Assembly (NCBI GenBank): GCA_902606525.1
Contig: CACLGW010000001.1
Span: 11,303-75,302 of the forward strand
Origin: an uncultured Bacteroidota bacterium
GTDB lineage: Bacteria; Bacteroidota; Bacteroidia; Flavobacteriales; Flavobacteriaceae
Direction: 5' to 3'
Length of the DNA stretch: 64,000 nucleotides
Part shown: positions 27,350 through 36,688 of the stretch, piece after piece
How the letters are laid out: each line of letters begins with the position of its first letter
Numbering within the stretch: the first letter of the stretch is position 1
Program-made: the position numbers and the translations under genes
The notes under the pieces: generated by a model
Database searches by the model: none
What the model was told of the DNA's origin: nothing
What the model saw: only the letters and a program-made list of their open reading frames with translations

Positions 27350-27796
27350 TTAATCGAAAGTAATTGTAAGTACGCCATTTTCGATGTTAGTATCAAAACA
27401 TCTTAAAGATCCAGTGCAACTATTAGAATATGAGTTGAAATGATATTGGCACGTGAAACTATCTCCATCATATTCCCATTTATCACGGTTCCCTTGATGA
27501 GGACAGCTATTATCGAATGCTCGTATTTCATCATCAGTAATTCGTACAAGAAGTAAATCTTCTCCTCTATAATTCATCCAGCCTCCAACTGCAGTTAAAT
27601 CTGAAAAAAGACCATTACTTAGATCAATTACTATTGGTTCTCTTTTTTGAGTACTTGTAGGTGTAGGTGATGAGCTTGAAGCTATTGGACTCGGGTCCGT
27701 TTCCTCTGCTGAACAAGCCTCTAAAATTGGTATACCCAACGTCGCAAAAACTATTGGTTTACATGCAGTTTTTAAAAATGATCTTCTATCTTCCAT
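27350..27796 (-). CDS. Tat-exported Rieske [2Fe-2S] lipoprotein
   Basis: Twin-arginine signal (DRRSFLKTACKPIV), lipobox LEAC, and Rieske ligand boxes CPHQG and CQYHFNSY. Confidence 0.75.
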   Translation of the reverse strand: MEDRRSFLKTACKPIVFATLGIPILEACSAEETDPSPIASSSSPTPTSTQKREPIVIDLSNGLFSDLTAVGGWMNYRGEDLLLVRITDDEIRAFDNSCPHQGNRDKWEYDGDSFTCQYHFNSYSNSCTGSLRCFDTNIENGVLTITFD

Positions 27797-27929
27797 AACA
27801 ATTTTTTGTTTAAAGTTAAGTAAAATTAAGTAAACGAAATCAACTTAAGCCATATCAACTTTTAATGTATTTTTACTAAAATTTATTTGATATAATCCTA
27901 ACCTCTGGTTAATAAACAAATATTAATAG

Positions 27930-30287
27930 ATGAATAAAAATTTCGTTTTTTTATTGTTCTTTTTATGTAATAATATTATAGCTCAGAGTATGGGAGAACT
28001 TAGTGGTAGAATTTTGGATACCCAAAGTCAACAGCCCTTAGAGGGAGCGACGGTCCTTATTGAAGAAGAAAATATTGGAGCAATTTCTGATGCTGATGGT
28101 TACTTTAAGTTAGAAAATATTCCATCAAAATCCTATAATGTAACTGCCAGTTATTTAGGATACGAAAGTGAAACTCAATTTAATGTAATAGTAAAATCTG
28201 TAGGTAATATTCCCTTACTTTTTAAACTTGGAGCAATATCAGAAAATTTAGATGAAATTGAACTTATTAATAGTCCTTTCAAAACCAATAGTGAAACTCC
28301 ATTATCCACTCAAACATTTTCTGTAGTAGAAATTGAAACATATCCAGGAAGTAATAATGACATTACTAAAGTAGTTCAAAGTATGCCAGGGATTTCTCCA
28401 TCGATTGGGGGATTTAGAAATGATATTATAATTCGAGGGGGTGCTCCAAACGAAACTGTTTATTATTTGGATGGAATTGAAATTCCAAACATCAATCACT
28501 TTAGTACTCAAGGCAGTGCTGGCGGGCCAGTTGGTATGGTAAACGTCTCTTTTGTTCGTGAGGTAACTTTATCTAGCTCAGCATTTGGTGCCGAATACGA
28601 TAATCCACTTTCAGGAGTACTTGCATTTGAACAAAGGGATGGAGATCCAAATAGCTTTGGAGGTAATTTTCGTTTTGGTGCGAGTGAGGCGGGCTTAACT
28701 CTAGAGGGACCTTTATTTAGAAAAGAAAAATCGGAACCTGCTAAAACAACATTTTTATTTTCTGTAAGAAGAAGCTATCTACAATTCCTTTTCGAATTAA
28801 TTGGACTACCTATACGTCCTGATTATTGGGATTATCAATGGAAAATTAAACATGAAATTAACAGATATAATTCCTTGACTTTTATTGGTATTGGCGCTAT
28901 TGATGATTTTTCAGTTAAAGCTCCTGATGAATTTGATGCAGAACAACAAGCATCATTGGAACAAATTCCAATTATAGATCAACGTAGTACTACTGTGGGA
29001 CTTTCATGGAAGAAAAACTACAAAAATGGAAAAGGTTTTATGTTAACCGCTATTAGTTCAAATCGTTTAGAAAATATTTTTGCTCGTTTCGAAGATAATA
29101 CTTCAAAGACAGGAACTATTTTTGAAAATGATTCCTATGAATGGGAATCAAAACTACGTTTTCAAGCCACTCAATATATTAATCAGTGGAAATGGTCAAC
29201 AGGTTTTAATATTCAAAAATCAAGTTATAATAATACTACTAGTTTTATTTTTTATGATATTGCTTATGAGACAAATTTAAACTTTGCGAAATACGGATTT
29301 TTTTTAAAGGGTTCAAGGAATTTTTTTAATGATCGATTAAGCCTAGCTATTGGAGTTCGTTCAGATGCTGATAGTTTTTCTCAAGGGTCTAACCTAATTG
29401 ATAATATTTCTCCAAGATTGTCTTTATCTTTTGCTTTGACGGACGATCAACGATGGAAGTTTAATACTTCTTTAGGCAGGTATTTTAAAATCCCAACTTA
29501 TACAATGTTAGGATTTCAGAATCAAAATCTTTTTGTAAACAAGAACGCTTCTTATACTCAAAGTAATCATTATGTCGCTGGAATTGAATACAATCTTACA
29601 CCAGCCTCTAGGATAAGTGTTGAAGGATTTTTAAAACAATATTCTAATTATCCAATATCTCTAATTGATGGAGTCTCTCTAGCCAATAAAGGAGGAGGAT
29701 TTGAAGTTCTTGGGAATGAAGCTATTAATTCAGAAGGAATTGGACAGAGTCGTGGTGGTGAATTTCTATTTCAACAAAAACTTTCCAAAAACTTTTATGG
29801 TGTCTTTGCTTACACTTATTTTTTTAGTGAATTTTCAGGGTTAGACCTGATTTCTCGTCCATCTGTTTGGGATAGTCGTCATTTAATTTCTTTTGTTGGG
29901 GGATATAAACTTAAACGTAACTGGGAACTAAGTGCTCGTTGGCGTTTTGCTGGGAAAAATCCCTATGTCCCTACTAACATAGAGGCAAGTACACTTTCTT
30001 ATCCTGAAATTATTTTAGATTATGATCGTTTAGGAGATGTAAAGTTAGCTGCATTTAATCAAGCAGATATTAGAATTGACAAAAAATGGAATTTTAACAA
30101 GTTATCTTTTAATTTCTACTTTGAAGTACAAAATTTTTTAGCACAGTCTAATCCTTCGCCTGAAGAATATGGATTAAATAGATCTGACGAAGGAACGATT
30201 ATTTTGCCTCGTAGTTTGATTCCAGTAACTACAAATGAAGGGAATAGCTCTCCTTTACCCTCCTTTGGTTTTGTATTATTCTTTTAA
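27930..30287 (+). CDS. TonB-dependent receptor with an N-terminal carboxypeptidase-regulatory-like domain
   Basis: LSGRILDTQSQQPLEGATVLIEEE...DGYFKLENI. Plug region IIIRGGAPNETVYYLDGIEIPN. 785 aa with a C-terminal aromatic residue. Confidence 0.8.
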   Translation: MNKNFVFLLFFLCNNIIAQSMGELSGRILDTQSQQPLEGATVLIEEENIGAISDADGYFKLENIPSKSYNVTASYLGYESETQFNVIVKSVGNIPLLFKLGAISENLDEIELINSPFKTNSETPLSTQTFSVVEIETYPGSNNDITKVVQSMPGISPSIGGFRNDIIIRGGAPNETVYYLDGIEIPNINHFSTQGSAGGPVGMVNVSFVREVTLSSSAFGAEYDNPLSGVLAFEQRDGDPNSFGGNFRFGASEAGLTLEGPLFRKEKSEPAKTTFLFSVRRSYLQFLFELIGLPIRPDYWDYQWKIKHEINRYNSLTFIGIGAIDDFSVKAPDEFDAEQQASLEQIPIIDQRSTTVGLSWKKNYKNGKGFMLTAISSNRLENIFARFEDNTSKTGTIFENDSYEWESKLRFQATQYINQWKWSTGFNIQKSSYNNTTSFIFYDIAYETNLNFAKYGFFLKGSRNFFNDRLSLAIGVRSDADSFSQGSNLIDNISPRLSLSFALTDDQRWKFNTSLGRYFKIPTYTMLGFQNQNLFVNKNASYTQSNHYVAGIEYNLTPASRISVEGFLKQYSNYPISLIDGVSLANKGGGFEVLGNEAINSEGIGQSRGGEFLFQQKLSKNFYGVFAYTYFFSEFSGLDLISRPSVWDSRHLISFVGGYKLKRNWELSARWRFAGKNPYVPTNIEASTLSYPEIILDYDRLGDVKLAAFNQADIRIDKKWNFNKLSFNFYFEVQNFLAQSNPSPEEYGLNRSDEGTIILPRSLIPVTTNEGNSSPLPSFGFVLFF

Positions 30288-30294
30288 TTAAAAA

Positions 30295-30819
30295 TTAATT
30301 CTGTAAATCTAAAAGGCCATCAGGAAGTTGAACCTGAATACTTTTTGTTTCTCGGTTAATTTCTAAAATAAATTCATCAGTAACTGGAATCAAAGCTAAT
30401 TTGCCATCTATTTTTTCAATTTCGAAGAGTGATTGTATCCCTTGGTCTTGGATTCGAATAACTTTTCCGATGTGTTTTTTTCGTTCAATCAATGAAAATC
30501 CAATTACTTCGTGGAAATAAAATTTTTTTCCTTTCAATTGTGGAAGAACGCTAAGCGGGAGAAATAAGTCTTTTTTAATAAGTAGCTTTGCATGAGATTC
30601 ACTACTAACCTGATCAAATTTTATTCTCAGTAAAGCTGATTTATGAATTTGACATTTTTGAATAAAAAACGGAACTAAACCTGTATCTAAATCCACAAAA
30701 ATGGATTTTAAATTTATATAATTTTCAATGTTGTCACTATCAGTTTTTACAAGTAAATCTCCTTTAAAACTGTAATTTCTAACGATGGTTCCAACATAAA
30801 AACAGTCCTCCTTGTTCAT
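30295..30819 (-). CDS. rimM: 16S rRNA processing protein RimM
   Basis: Directly downstream of rpsP. N-terminal FYVGTIVRNYSFKGDL and a PRC-barrel-like C-terminus (LIPVTDEFILEINRE). Confidence 0.85.
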   Translation of the reverse strand: MNKEDCFYVGTIVRNYSFKGDLLVKTDSDNIENYINLKSIFVDLDTGLVPFFIQKCQIHKSALLRIKFDQVSSESHAKLLIKKDLFLPLSVLPQLKGKKFYFHEVIGFSLIERKKHIGKVIRIQDQGIQSLFEIEKIDGKLALIPVTDEFILEINRETKSIQVQLPDGLLDLQN

Positions 30820-30840
30820 CGTTAAAATGAAAACCTATTT

Positions 30841-31626
30841 TTATTTTTTCTCGTTAGAATCAGCAGAGATATCTTTGGCAGATGTTTCTTCAGCAGCAGT
30901 TTCAGCAGGAGTTTCATCAACAGCAGCTTCACTAGGAGTTTCTTCAACAACAGCTTTAGCAGGAGTTTCTTCAGCAGCAGCTTCAGCAGGAGTTTCTTCA
31001 GCAACAGCTTTAGCAGGAGTTTCTTCAACAGCAGCTTCAGCAGGAGTTTCCTCAACAGCAGCTTCACTTGGAGTTTCTTCAACAACAGCTTCAGCAGGAG
31101 TTTCTTCAGCAGTAGCTTGAGGAGTAGTTACATCACCAGCAGGTTCTTGAGCCGCCTCTTGCTCTGCAGCTAACGCCGCTTCAGCAGCATCGGTGATTCG
31201 TTTTTCACTAGTTGCTTTTTCAGCATCCAAACGTTTAGCTTTTAATTCTGCTTCGTGCTTTGATAAGCCTTCTTTTTTTAAATTGATTTTTGCTGCTTTC
31301 TCCTTTATCCATTTATCAAACTTTTTGTTAGCCTCTTCCTGAGTGAACGCACCTTTACGAACACCACCATTGAGGTGATGCTTGAACATAGCACCTTTAT
31401 ACGACAATAAAGTACGAGCTGTATCAGTTGGTTGCGCTCCCTTTTCAAGCCAACTTATCGCTTTTTCAATATCTATATTTACAGTGGCAGGATTTGTATT
31501 AGGATTGTAAGTACCTATCTTTTCAAGATACCGCCCGTCTCTCTTAGAACGTGAGTCTGCGGCTACCATCCAATAAAAAGGATTACCTTTTTTTCCGTGT
31601 CTTTGAAGTCTTAGTTTTACAGGCAT
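30841..31626 (-). CDS. rpsP: 30S ribosomal protein S16 with a 170-aa C-terminal extension containing a tandem 9-aa repeat
   Basis: N-terminus MPVKLRLQRHGKKGNPFYWMVAADSRSKRDGRYLEKIGTYNP is canonical S16. The extension ends in (EETPAEAAV)n. Confidence 0.9.
   Translation of the reverse strand: MPVKLRLQRHGKKGNPFYWMVAADSRSKRDGRYLEKIGTYNPNTNPATVNIDIEKAISWLEKGAQPTDTARTLLSYKGAMFKHHLNGGVRKGAFTQEEANKKFDKWIKEKAAKINLKKEGLSKHEAELKAKRLDAEKATSEKRITDAAEAALAAEQEAAQEPAGDVTTPQATAEETPAEAVVEETPSEAAVEETPAEAAVEETPAKAVAEETPAEAAAEETPAKAVVEETPSEAAVDETPAETAAEETSAKDISADSNEKK
30881..31123 (-). repeat. Nine in-phase copies of a 27-bp tandem repeat inside rpsP
   Basis: GGAGTTTC (first copy GATGTTTC) recurs at 30881, 30908, 30935, 30962, 30989, 31016, 31043, 31070 and 31097, an exact 27-nt period. 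Confidence 0.9.
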
Positions 31627-31689
31627 AACATATTAACTTATGAGAATTCCCGATTCTCTAATTATTAATTCTAGGGGTGCAAATATAAC

Positions 31690-31697
31690 GGATTTTA
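31690..31697 (-). promoter_or_regulatory. -7 box TATATTTG for rpsP (minus strand)
   Basis: Plus-strand CAAATATA is the reverse complement of TAnnTTTG. About 63 nt upstream of the rpsP ATG. Confidence 0.45.
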
Positions 31698-31822
31698 CAT
31701 TGTAAAAATGAATTAGTGTAGTTTATTTTAAAGTTCTTCTGATTTATTGTTTTTTTCAAAAAATACATTTAAAATAATTTCATTGTCGAATTTTAAAACT
31801 TTGTCATAGAAATAAAAAAATG

Positions 31823-31830
31823 TATTTTTG
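31823..31830 (+). promoter_or_regulatory. -7 box TATTTTTG for tig
   Basis: Exact TAnnTTTG, 21 nt before the ATG at 31852. Confidence 0.5.
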
Positions 31831-31851
31831 CGCACTAAATTTTTCTAATTG

Positions 31852-33186
31852 ATGAACATAAATAAAACTGAAATAGACTCACTAAATGCAGTTATAAATA
31901 TGACAATTGTCCGTAAAGATTACGAAGATAAAGTAGCTACGGTATTAAGTGACTATAGAAAAAAAGCAAATATTCCTGGCTTTAGAAAGGGACATGTTCC
32001 GATGGGTATGATCAAAAAGCAGTATGAAAAAGCCGTAATAGTTGATGAAGTTAATAAGTTGCTTAGAGATCAACTAGATAAATACATCAAGGATGAAAAA
32101 CTTGAATTACTTGGCCATCCTATTCCAAAGGCCTCAGAGGTTACGCTTGACTGGAAAGCTTCTCAACTAAATTTTGAATTTGAGCTCGGCTTAGCTCCCA
32201 AGTTTGATGTAAAACTTAATGTACTTAATAGAGTTATTAAGTATGAAATAGAACCTGAAAAGAAAATGATTCAAGAGCAATTGACTCATATTCAAAAGCA
32301 ATATGGAAAATTAGTTCCTCAAAATAACGTTCAGAAAGGATATGAAATAACAGCCCAATTTAGAAATCAGGAATTAGACTTAGAAACAATGGTTGACTTT
32401 GTTCTTGAAGATATTAGAGCTAGAAAAGCTGTTCAAGACTTCACAAAATCAAAAAAAGGAGGAATACTAACCTTTCCTGTTAAAGGACTTTTTAAAGACG
32501 ATAATACTGCTAAAAGACTTTTATCAATTGATGATAAAAAGCTTAAAGATATTCTTAAAACAGAAATTACCATTGAACTTAAAGAAATTAATGAGCGTAT
32601 TCCTGCTGATTTAAATCAAGAACTTTTTGATAAATTATATGAAGTTGGAAGTGTTACCTCAGTAAAACAGCTAGAGGAAAAAATTACTTTAAGTTTAAAA
32701 TCCCAGTTCGAGCCGCAGTCAAATCAAAAACTTATGAATGATATTTCTGAAACCATTGTTGAAAAAACTAAATTCAAACTTCCAACGGAATTTTTGAAAA
32801 AATGGATTCAAACCTCAGGTAATGAGCCAATGACAAAAGAAGATGCGATTGAGGAATTTAAAAAATCTGAAAAAGGGATTCGATATCAGCTAATAGAAGG
32901 GAAAATCATAGCTGAAAACAAACTTAATATTTCTTTCGTGGAGCTTAAAGAATATGCAGGAGTTATGGTCCAAAAACAAATGATGCAATATGGGCAAATA
33001 CCCGAAAAAGAAAAATTGGACGGGATTATTTCAAATATTATGTCAAATCAAGAGGAAACTCGACGAATTTCTGAACAATTAATGGCTGAAAAAATGCTTA
33101 ATTTTTTTAAAGATAAAGCTCCTTTAAAACCCAAAAAGGTTACTTTTGGTGCCTTTATTAAACAAGCTTACGGGAAAGCACAATAA
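31852..33186 (+). CDS. tig: Trigger factor
   Basis: N-terminal ribosome-binding region with ...IPGFRKGHVPMGMIKK.... Upstream of clpP-clpX. Track start TTG 31849 is immediately followed by ATG 31852. Confidence 0.9.
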   Translation: MNINKTEIDSLNAVINMTIVRKDYEDKVATVLSDYRKKANIPGFRKGHVPMGMIKKQYEKAVIVDEVNKLLRDQLDKYIKDEKLELLGHPIPKASEVTLDWKASQLNFEFELGLAPKFDVKLNVLNRVIKYEIEPEKKMIQEQLTHIQKQYGKLVPQNNVQKGYEITAQFRNQELDLETMVDFVLEDIRARKAVQDFTKSKKGGILTFPVKGLFKDDNTAKRLLSIDDKKLKDILKTEITIELKEINERIPADLNQELFDKLYEVGSVTSVKQLEEKITLSLKSQFEPQSNQKLMNDISETIVEKTKFKLPTEFLKKWIQTSGNEPMTKEDAIEEFKKSEKGIRYQLIEGKIIAENKLNISFVELKEYAGVMVQKQMMQYGQIPEKEKLDGIISNIMSNQEETRRISEQLMAEKMLNFFKDKAPLKPKKVTFGAFIKQAYGKAQ

Positions 33187-33192
33187 ATTCAT

Positions 33193-33200
33193 TAATTTTG
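33193..33200 (+). promoter_or_regulatory. -7 box TAATTTTG for clpP
   Basis: Exact TAnnTTTG, 16 nt before the ATG at 33217. Confidence 0.45.
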
Positions 33201-33216
33201 AATAAAATATAGTTTA

Positions 33217-33882
33217 ATGAACTACGGAAAAGAATTTAAAAAATATGCAACTAAACATCACGGTATTAGTGCAATGTACTATGACAAAATTGTAAGTAGT
33301 ATGACGCCTTACATTATTGAAGAACGACAATTAAACGTTGCTCAAATGGATGTTTTCTCTCGTTTAATGATGGATAGGATTATGTTTTTAGGAACTGCGA
33401 TAAACGATCAGGTAGCAAATATCATTCAAGCTCAATTACTTTTTTTGCAGAGCACTGATTCCAAGCGAGACATCCAAATGTATATAAATTCTCCTGGAGG
33501 AGGTGTATATGCTGGTCTTGGAATTTATGATACCATGCAGTTTATAACACCTAATGTGGCAACTATTTGTACTGGAATTGCCGCGTCAATGGGAGCTGTA
33601 TTGCTTTGTGCTGGACATGAAGGAAAGCGTTCTGCCCTTCCTCATGCTCGAGTGATGATTCACCAACCGTTAGGTGGAGCTCAAGGTCAAGCATCGGACA
33701 TTGAAATTACAGCCAGAGAAATTCTTAAACTCAAAGATGAGTTGTATCAAATTATTTCCAAACATTCTGGCCAAACTTTGAAAAAAGTAACTGAAAACAG
33801 TGATCGTGATTATTGGATGAAAGCTCAGGAAGCAAAAGACTATGGGATGGTAGATGAGGTGCTAGAAAGTGCTCCTAAATAA
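33217..33882 (+). CDS. clpP: ATP-dependent Clp protease proteolytic subunit
   Basis: INSPGG, active-site GIAASMGAVLL and MIHQPLGG motifs. Confidence 0.97.
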   Translation: MNYGKEFKKYATKHHGISAMYYDKIVSSMTPYIIEERQLNVAQMDVFSRLMMDRIMFLGTAINDQVANIIQAQLLFLQSTDSKRDIQMYINSPGGGVYAGLGIYDTMQFITPNVATICTGIAASMGAVLLCAGHEGKRSALPHARVMIHQPLGGAQGQASDIEITAREILKLKDELYQIISKHSGQTLKKVTENSDRDYWMKAQEAKDYGMVDEVLESAPK

Positions 33883-33894
33883 AACCTCACAAAG

Positions 33895-35124
33895 ATGAGT
33901 AAACCCGATTTAAATTGTTCTTTTTGTGGAAGACCCAAACCAGAAACTCAATTACTGATTGCAGGTCTGGATGCCCATATTTGTGATCGTTGTATAGTCC
34001 AGGCTCATGGTATTGTTTTAGAAGAATCCTCTTTTGAGGATAAAAATACATTCCCTATAGAATTAAAACCTCCAAAGGCTATTAAATCTTTTTTAGATGA
34101 ATATGTTATTGGTCAAGAAGCCTCAAAACGTGTTTTGTCAGTAGCTGTTTACAACCATTATAAGCGTTTACTTCAAGAAAAAACTAGTGCTGATGATGTT
34201 GAGATTCAAAAAAGTAATATTTTATTGGTCGGTCCGACCGGTACAGGTAAAACACTCTTAGCACAAACTATTTCTCGTCTTTTAAAGGTGCCTCTCGCTA
34301 TTGTAGATGCTACAGTATTGACCGAAGCTGGCTATGTAGGTGAAGATGTTGAAAGTATCCTATCTCGTTTGCTTCAAGCAGCTGACTACGAGGTAGAGAA
34401 GGCTGAAAAAGGAATAGTATTTATTGATGAAATTGATAAAATTGCTCGAAAAAGTGATAACCCCTCAATCACTAGGGATGTTTCTGGAGAAGGAGTCCAA
34501 CAGGCTTTATTGAAATTATTGGAAGGAACAGTTGTCAATGTTCCTCCAAAAGGTGGACGTAAGCACCCTGACCAAAAATTTATTGAATTAAATACATCTA
34601 ATATTTTATTTATAGCTGGTGGTGCATTTGATGGAATTGACGCTCACATAAATAAACGTTTAAATTTACAGGTAATTGGATACAAAACTAGTCTTGAAAA
34701 ACATAATTTTGATAAAGAAGATATACTACAATATATAACTCCAAGAGATGTGCGTTCTTTTGGTCTGATTCCCGAAATTATTGGTCGACTACCAGTTATA
34801 ACCCACATGAGTTCACTTAATAAATCAACTTTACGTATTATTTTAACAACACCAAAAAATGCTCTAATAAAACAATACATTCAATTGTTTGCTATGGATA
34901 ATATTGAACTTCAATTCACTTCAGGAGCTTTGGATTATATTGTAGAAAAAGCACTACAATTTGAGCTAGGTGCGAGAGGTTTAAGGTCTCTTTGTGAGGC
35001 AATCCTTAATGATGCGATGTTTGAATTACCAAATTCGGGAGTTAATAAGTTAAGGGTTACAAAACAATATGCAGATCAAAAACTTTCTAGAATCAAATTA
35101 CCAAAGTTAAAAGTTGTTTCATAG
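33895..35124 (+). CDS. clpX: ATP-dependent Clp protease ATP-binding subunit ClpX
   Basis: Zinc-finger CSFCGR...CDRC, Walker A GPTGTGKT, and IVFIDEIDKI. Confidence 0.97.
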   Translation: MSKPDLNCSFCGRPKPETQLLIAGLDAHICDRCIVQAHGIVLEESSFEDKNTFPIELKPPKAIKSFLDEYVIGQEASKRVLSVAVYNHYKRLLQEKTSADDVEIQKSNILLVGPTGTGKTLLAQTISRLLKVPLAIVDATVLTEAGYVGEDVESILSRLLQAADYEVEKAEKGIVFIDEIDKIARKSDNPSITRDVSGEGVQQALLKLLEGTVVNVPPKGGRKHPDQKFIELNTSNILFIAGGAFDGIDAHINKRLNLQVIGYKTSLEKHNFDKEDILQYITPRDVRSFGLIPEIIGRLPVITHMSSLNKSTLRIILTTPKNALIKQYIQLFAMDNIELQFTSGALDYIVEKALQFELGARGLRSLCEAILNDAMFELPNSGVNKLRVTKQYADQKLSRIKLPKLKVVS

Positions 35125-36636
35125 TCAATTTACTTCTAAAAGTTCTTCAAGAATTTCTCTAGAATTTGAAAGCCGAGGAACTTTGTGCTGCCCTCCTAGT
35201 TTACCTTTTTTTGATAGCCATTGATAAAACAGTCCTTTCTTTGCTTTATGAACCTTTAATGAATGGAGTGTCATATTTTTATACCTCTTAGCTTCATAAT
35301 CAGAATTTTCTTCTTGTAAGGCTTTATCTAGAAGAGAGCTAAAAACTTTTAAATCTTTTGGTTCTTTATCAAATTCAATGATCCATTCATGTGCACCTTG
35401 AGTATTTCTTTCCATAAAAACTGGACCTGCAGTATAATTCGAAACTACACTTTGAGTTTTTGCGCTTACCTTTGCAAGAGCTTTTTCAGCATTGTCTATG
35501 ATGAGTTCCTCCCCAAACACATTAATAAAATGTTTAGTTCGACCAGTAACATGAATACGATGTGGGGATAAACTAGTAAATTGAATTGTATCTCCAATTT
35601 TATAACGCCATAAACCACTATTAGTGGTTATTACCATTGCGTAGTTGATATTTAAAACTACATCAGAAAGGGGTATTATTTCAGATTCATCTTCTTGGCC
35701 CCCTTTCATAGGAATGAATTCATAAAAAATACCATAATCTAACATCAATAGTAATTCATCAGAATGATTACGATCCTGGATTCCAAAAAACCCTTCTGAA
35801 GCATTATAAATTTCATAAAAACGAAAGTCTTTTTTTGTGAATAAATCGTGATATAATTCACGATAAGGTTTAAAACTAACTCCTCCATGAAAGTATACTT
35901 CAGCTTCAGGCCAAACATCAGAGATCGTTTTCTTTTCAGTTTCTTTTAAAACATTTTGTAATAAAACTAACATCCATGAAGGAACTCCAGCAAGGCTTGT
36001 TACTTTTTCATTTATTGATTCTGAAACAATAGCTTTCATTTTGGTTTCCCATTCTGGCATAAGAGAGGTCTTATTACTCGGTGTACTACTTAGCTCTGCC
36101 CAAAAGGGAAGGTTTTGAATAATAATGGAGGAGAGATCTCCAAAATAACTATTGTTTTTATTATACAATTCATTACTGCCTCCCAGCCTTAAGGATTTAC
36201 CGGTAAGAAGTTGAGAGTCTTCATTATTATTAAAATATAAGGACAACATGTCTTTACCAGCTTTATAATGACAATCTTCTAGAGCTTCAGTGCTAAGGGG
36301 TATAAACTTGCTTCTAGAATTTGTTGTTCCACTAGATTTGGCAAACCATTTAATATTACTCGGCCAAAAAATATTTTGTTCACCTTTTCGACAACGTTCA
36401 ATATTTGTTTCAATTTCATCATAATTACAAACTGGAACTCGACTTTTAAAAACATTATAACTATTTATTGTTTTAAAGTCATAAATCATTCCTATTTCTG
36501 TTTTTGATGCTGTTTTAATTAAGTTATGTAGTAATTCATTTTGTACTTCGTTAGGATACTTCATAAATAATTCCATTTGGTGTATTCTCTTTTTAAGAAT
36601 CCAAGAAGCAATCGAATTAAATAAGGGTATAGGCAT
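35125..36636 (-). CDS. GH3 (auxin-responsive promoter) family adenylating enzyme homologue
   Basis: About 500 aa. N-terminus ...WILKKRIHQMELFMKYPNEVQNELL.... FAKSSGTT adenylation-type P-loop. Typical Bacteroidota GH3-family layout. Confidence 0.75.
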   Translation of the reverse strand: MPIPLFNSIASWILKKRIHQMELFMKYPNEVQNELLHNLIKTASKTEIGMIYDFKTINSYNVFKSRVPVCNYDEIETNIERCRKGEQNIFWPSNIKWFAKSSGTTNSRSKFIPLSTEALEDCHYKAGKDMLSLYFNNNEDSQLLTGKSLRLGGSNELYNKNNSYFGDLSSIIIQNLPFWAELSSTPSNKTSLMPEWETKMKAIVSESINEKVTSLAGVPSWMLVLLQNVLKETEKKTISDVWPEAEVYFHGGVSFKPYRELYHDLFTKKDFRFYEIYNASEGFFGIQDRNHSDELLLMLDYGIFYEFIPMKGGQEDESEIIPLSDVVLNINYAMVITTNSGLWRYKIGDTIQFTSLSPHRIHVTGRTKHFINVFGEELIIDNAEKALAKVSAKTQSVVSNYTAGPVFMERNTQGAHEWIIEFDKEPKDLKVFSSLLDKALQEENSDYEAKRYKNMTLHSLKVHKAKKGLFYQWLSKKGKLGGQHKVPRLSNSREILEELLEVN

Positions 36637-36688
36637 AAAATAATTATTATCTTACTTTAGGTAAATGTAATTAATTCTTTTCTAGTTT

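Noticed and set aside
30812-31120. Track ORFs 30812..31120 (+) and 30822..31085 (-), with repetitive AAVSAGVSS / LLLKKLLLK translations
   Set aside because: They are alternative-frame or antisense readings of the 27-bp tandem repeat inside rpsP. The S16 frame has a canonical N-terminus and explains the region.
30881-31123. Regular 27-bp periodic repeat that could superficially resemble a CRISPR-like or satellite array
   Set aside because: The repeats are contiguous with no unique spacers, lie in frame within rpsP, and have no leader or cas genes nearby.
31627-31700. 6-bp inverted repeat GAGAAT/ATTCTC in the rpsP leader as a possible autoregulatory structure
   Set aside because: The stem is too short and AT-rich to distinguish from chance without comparative data.
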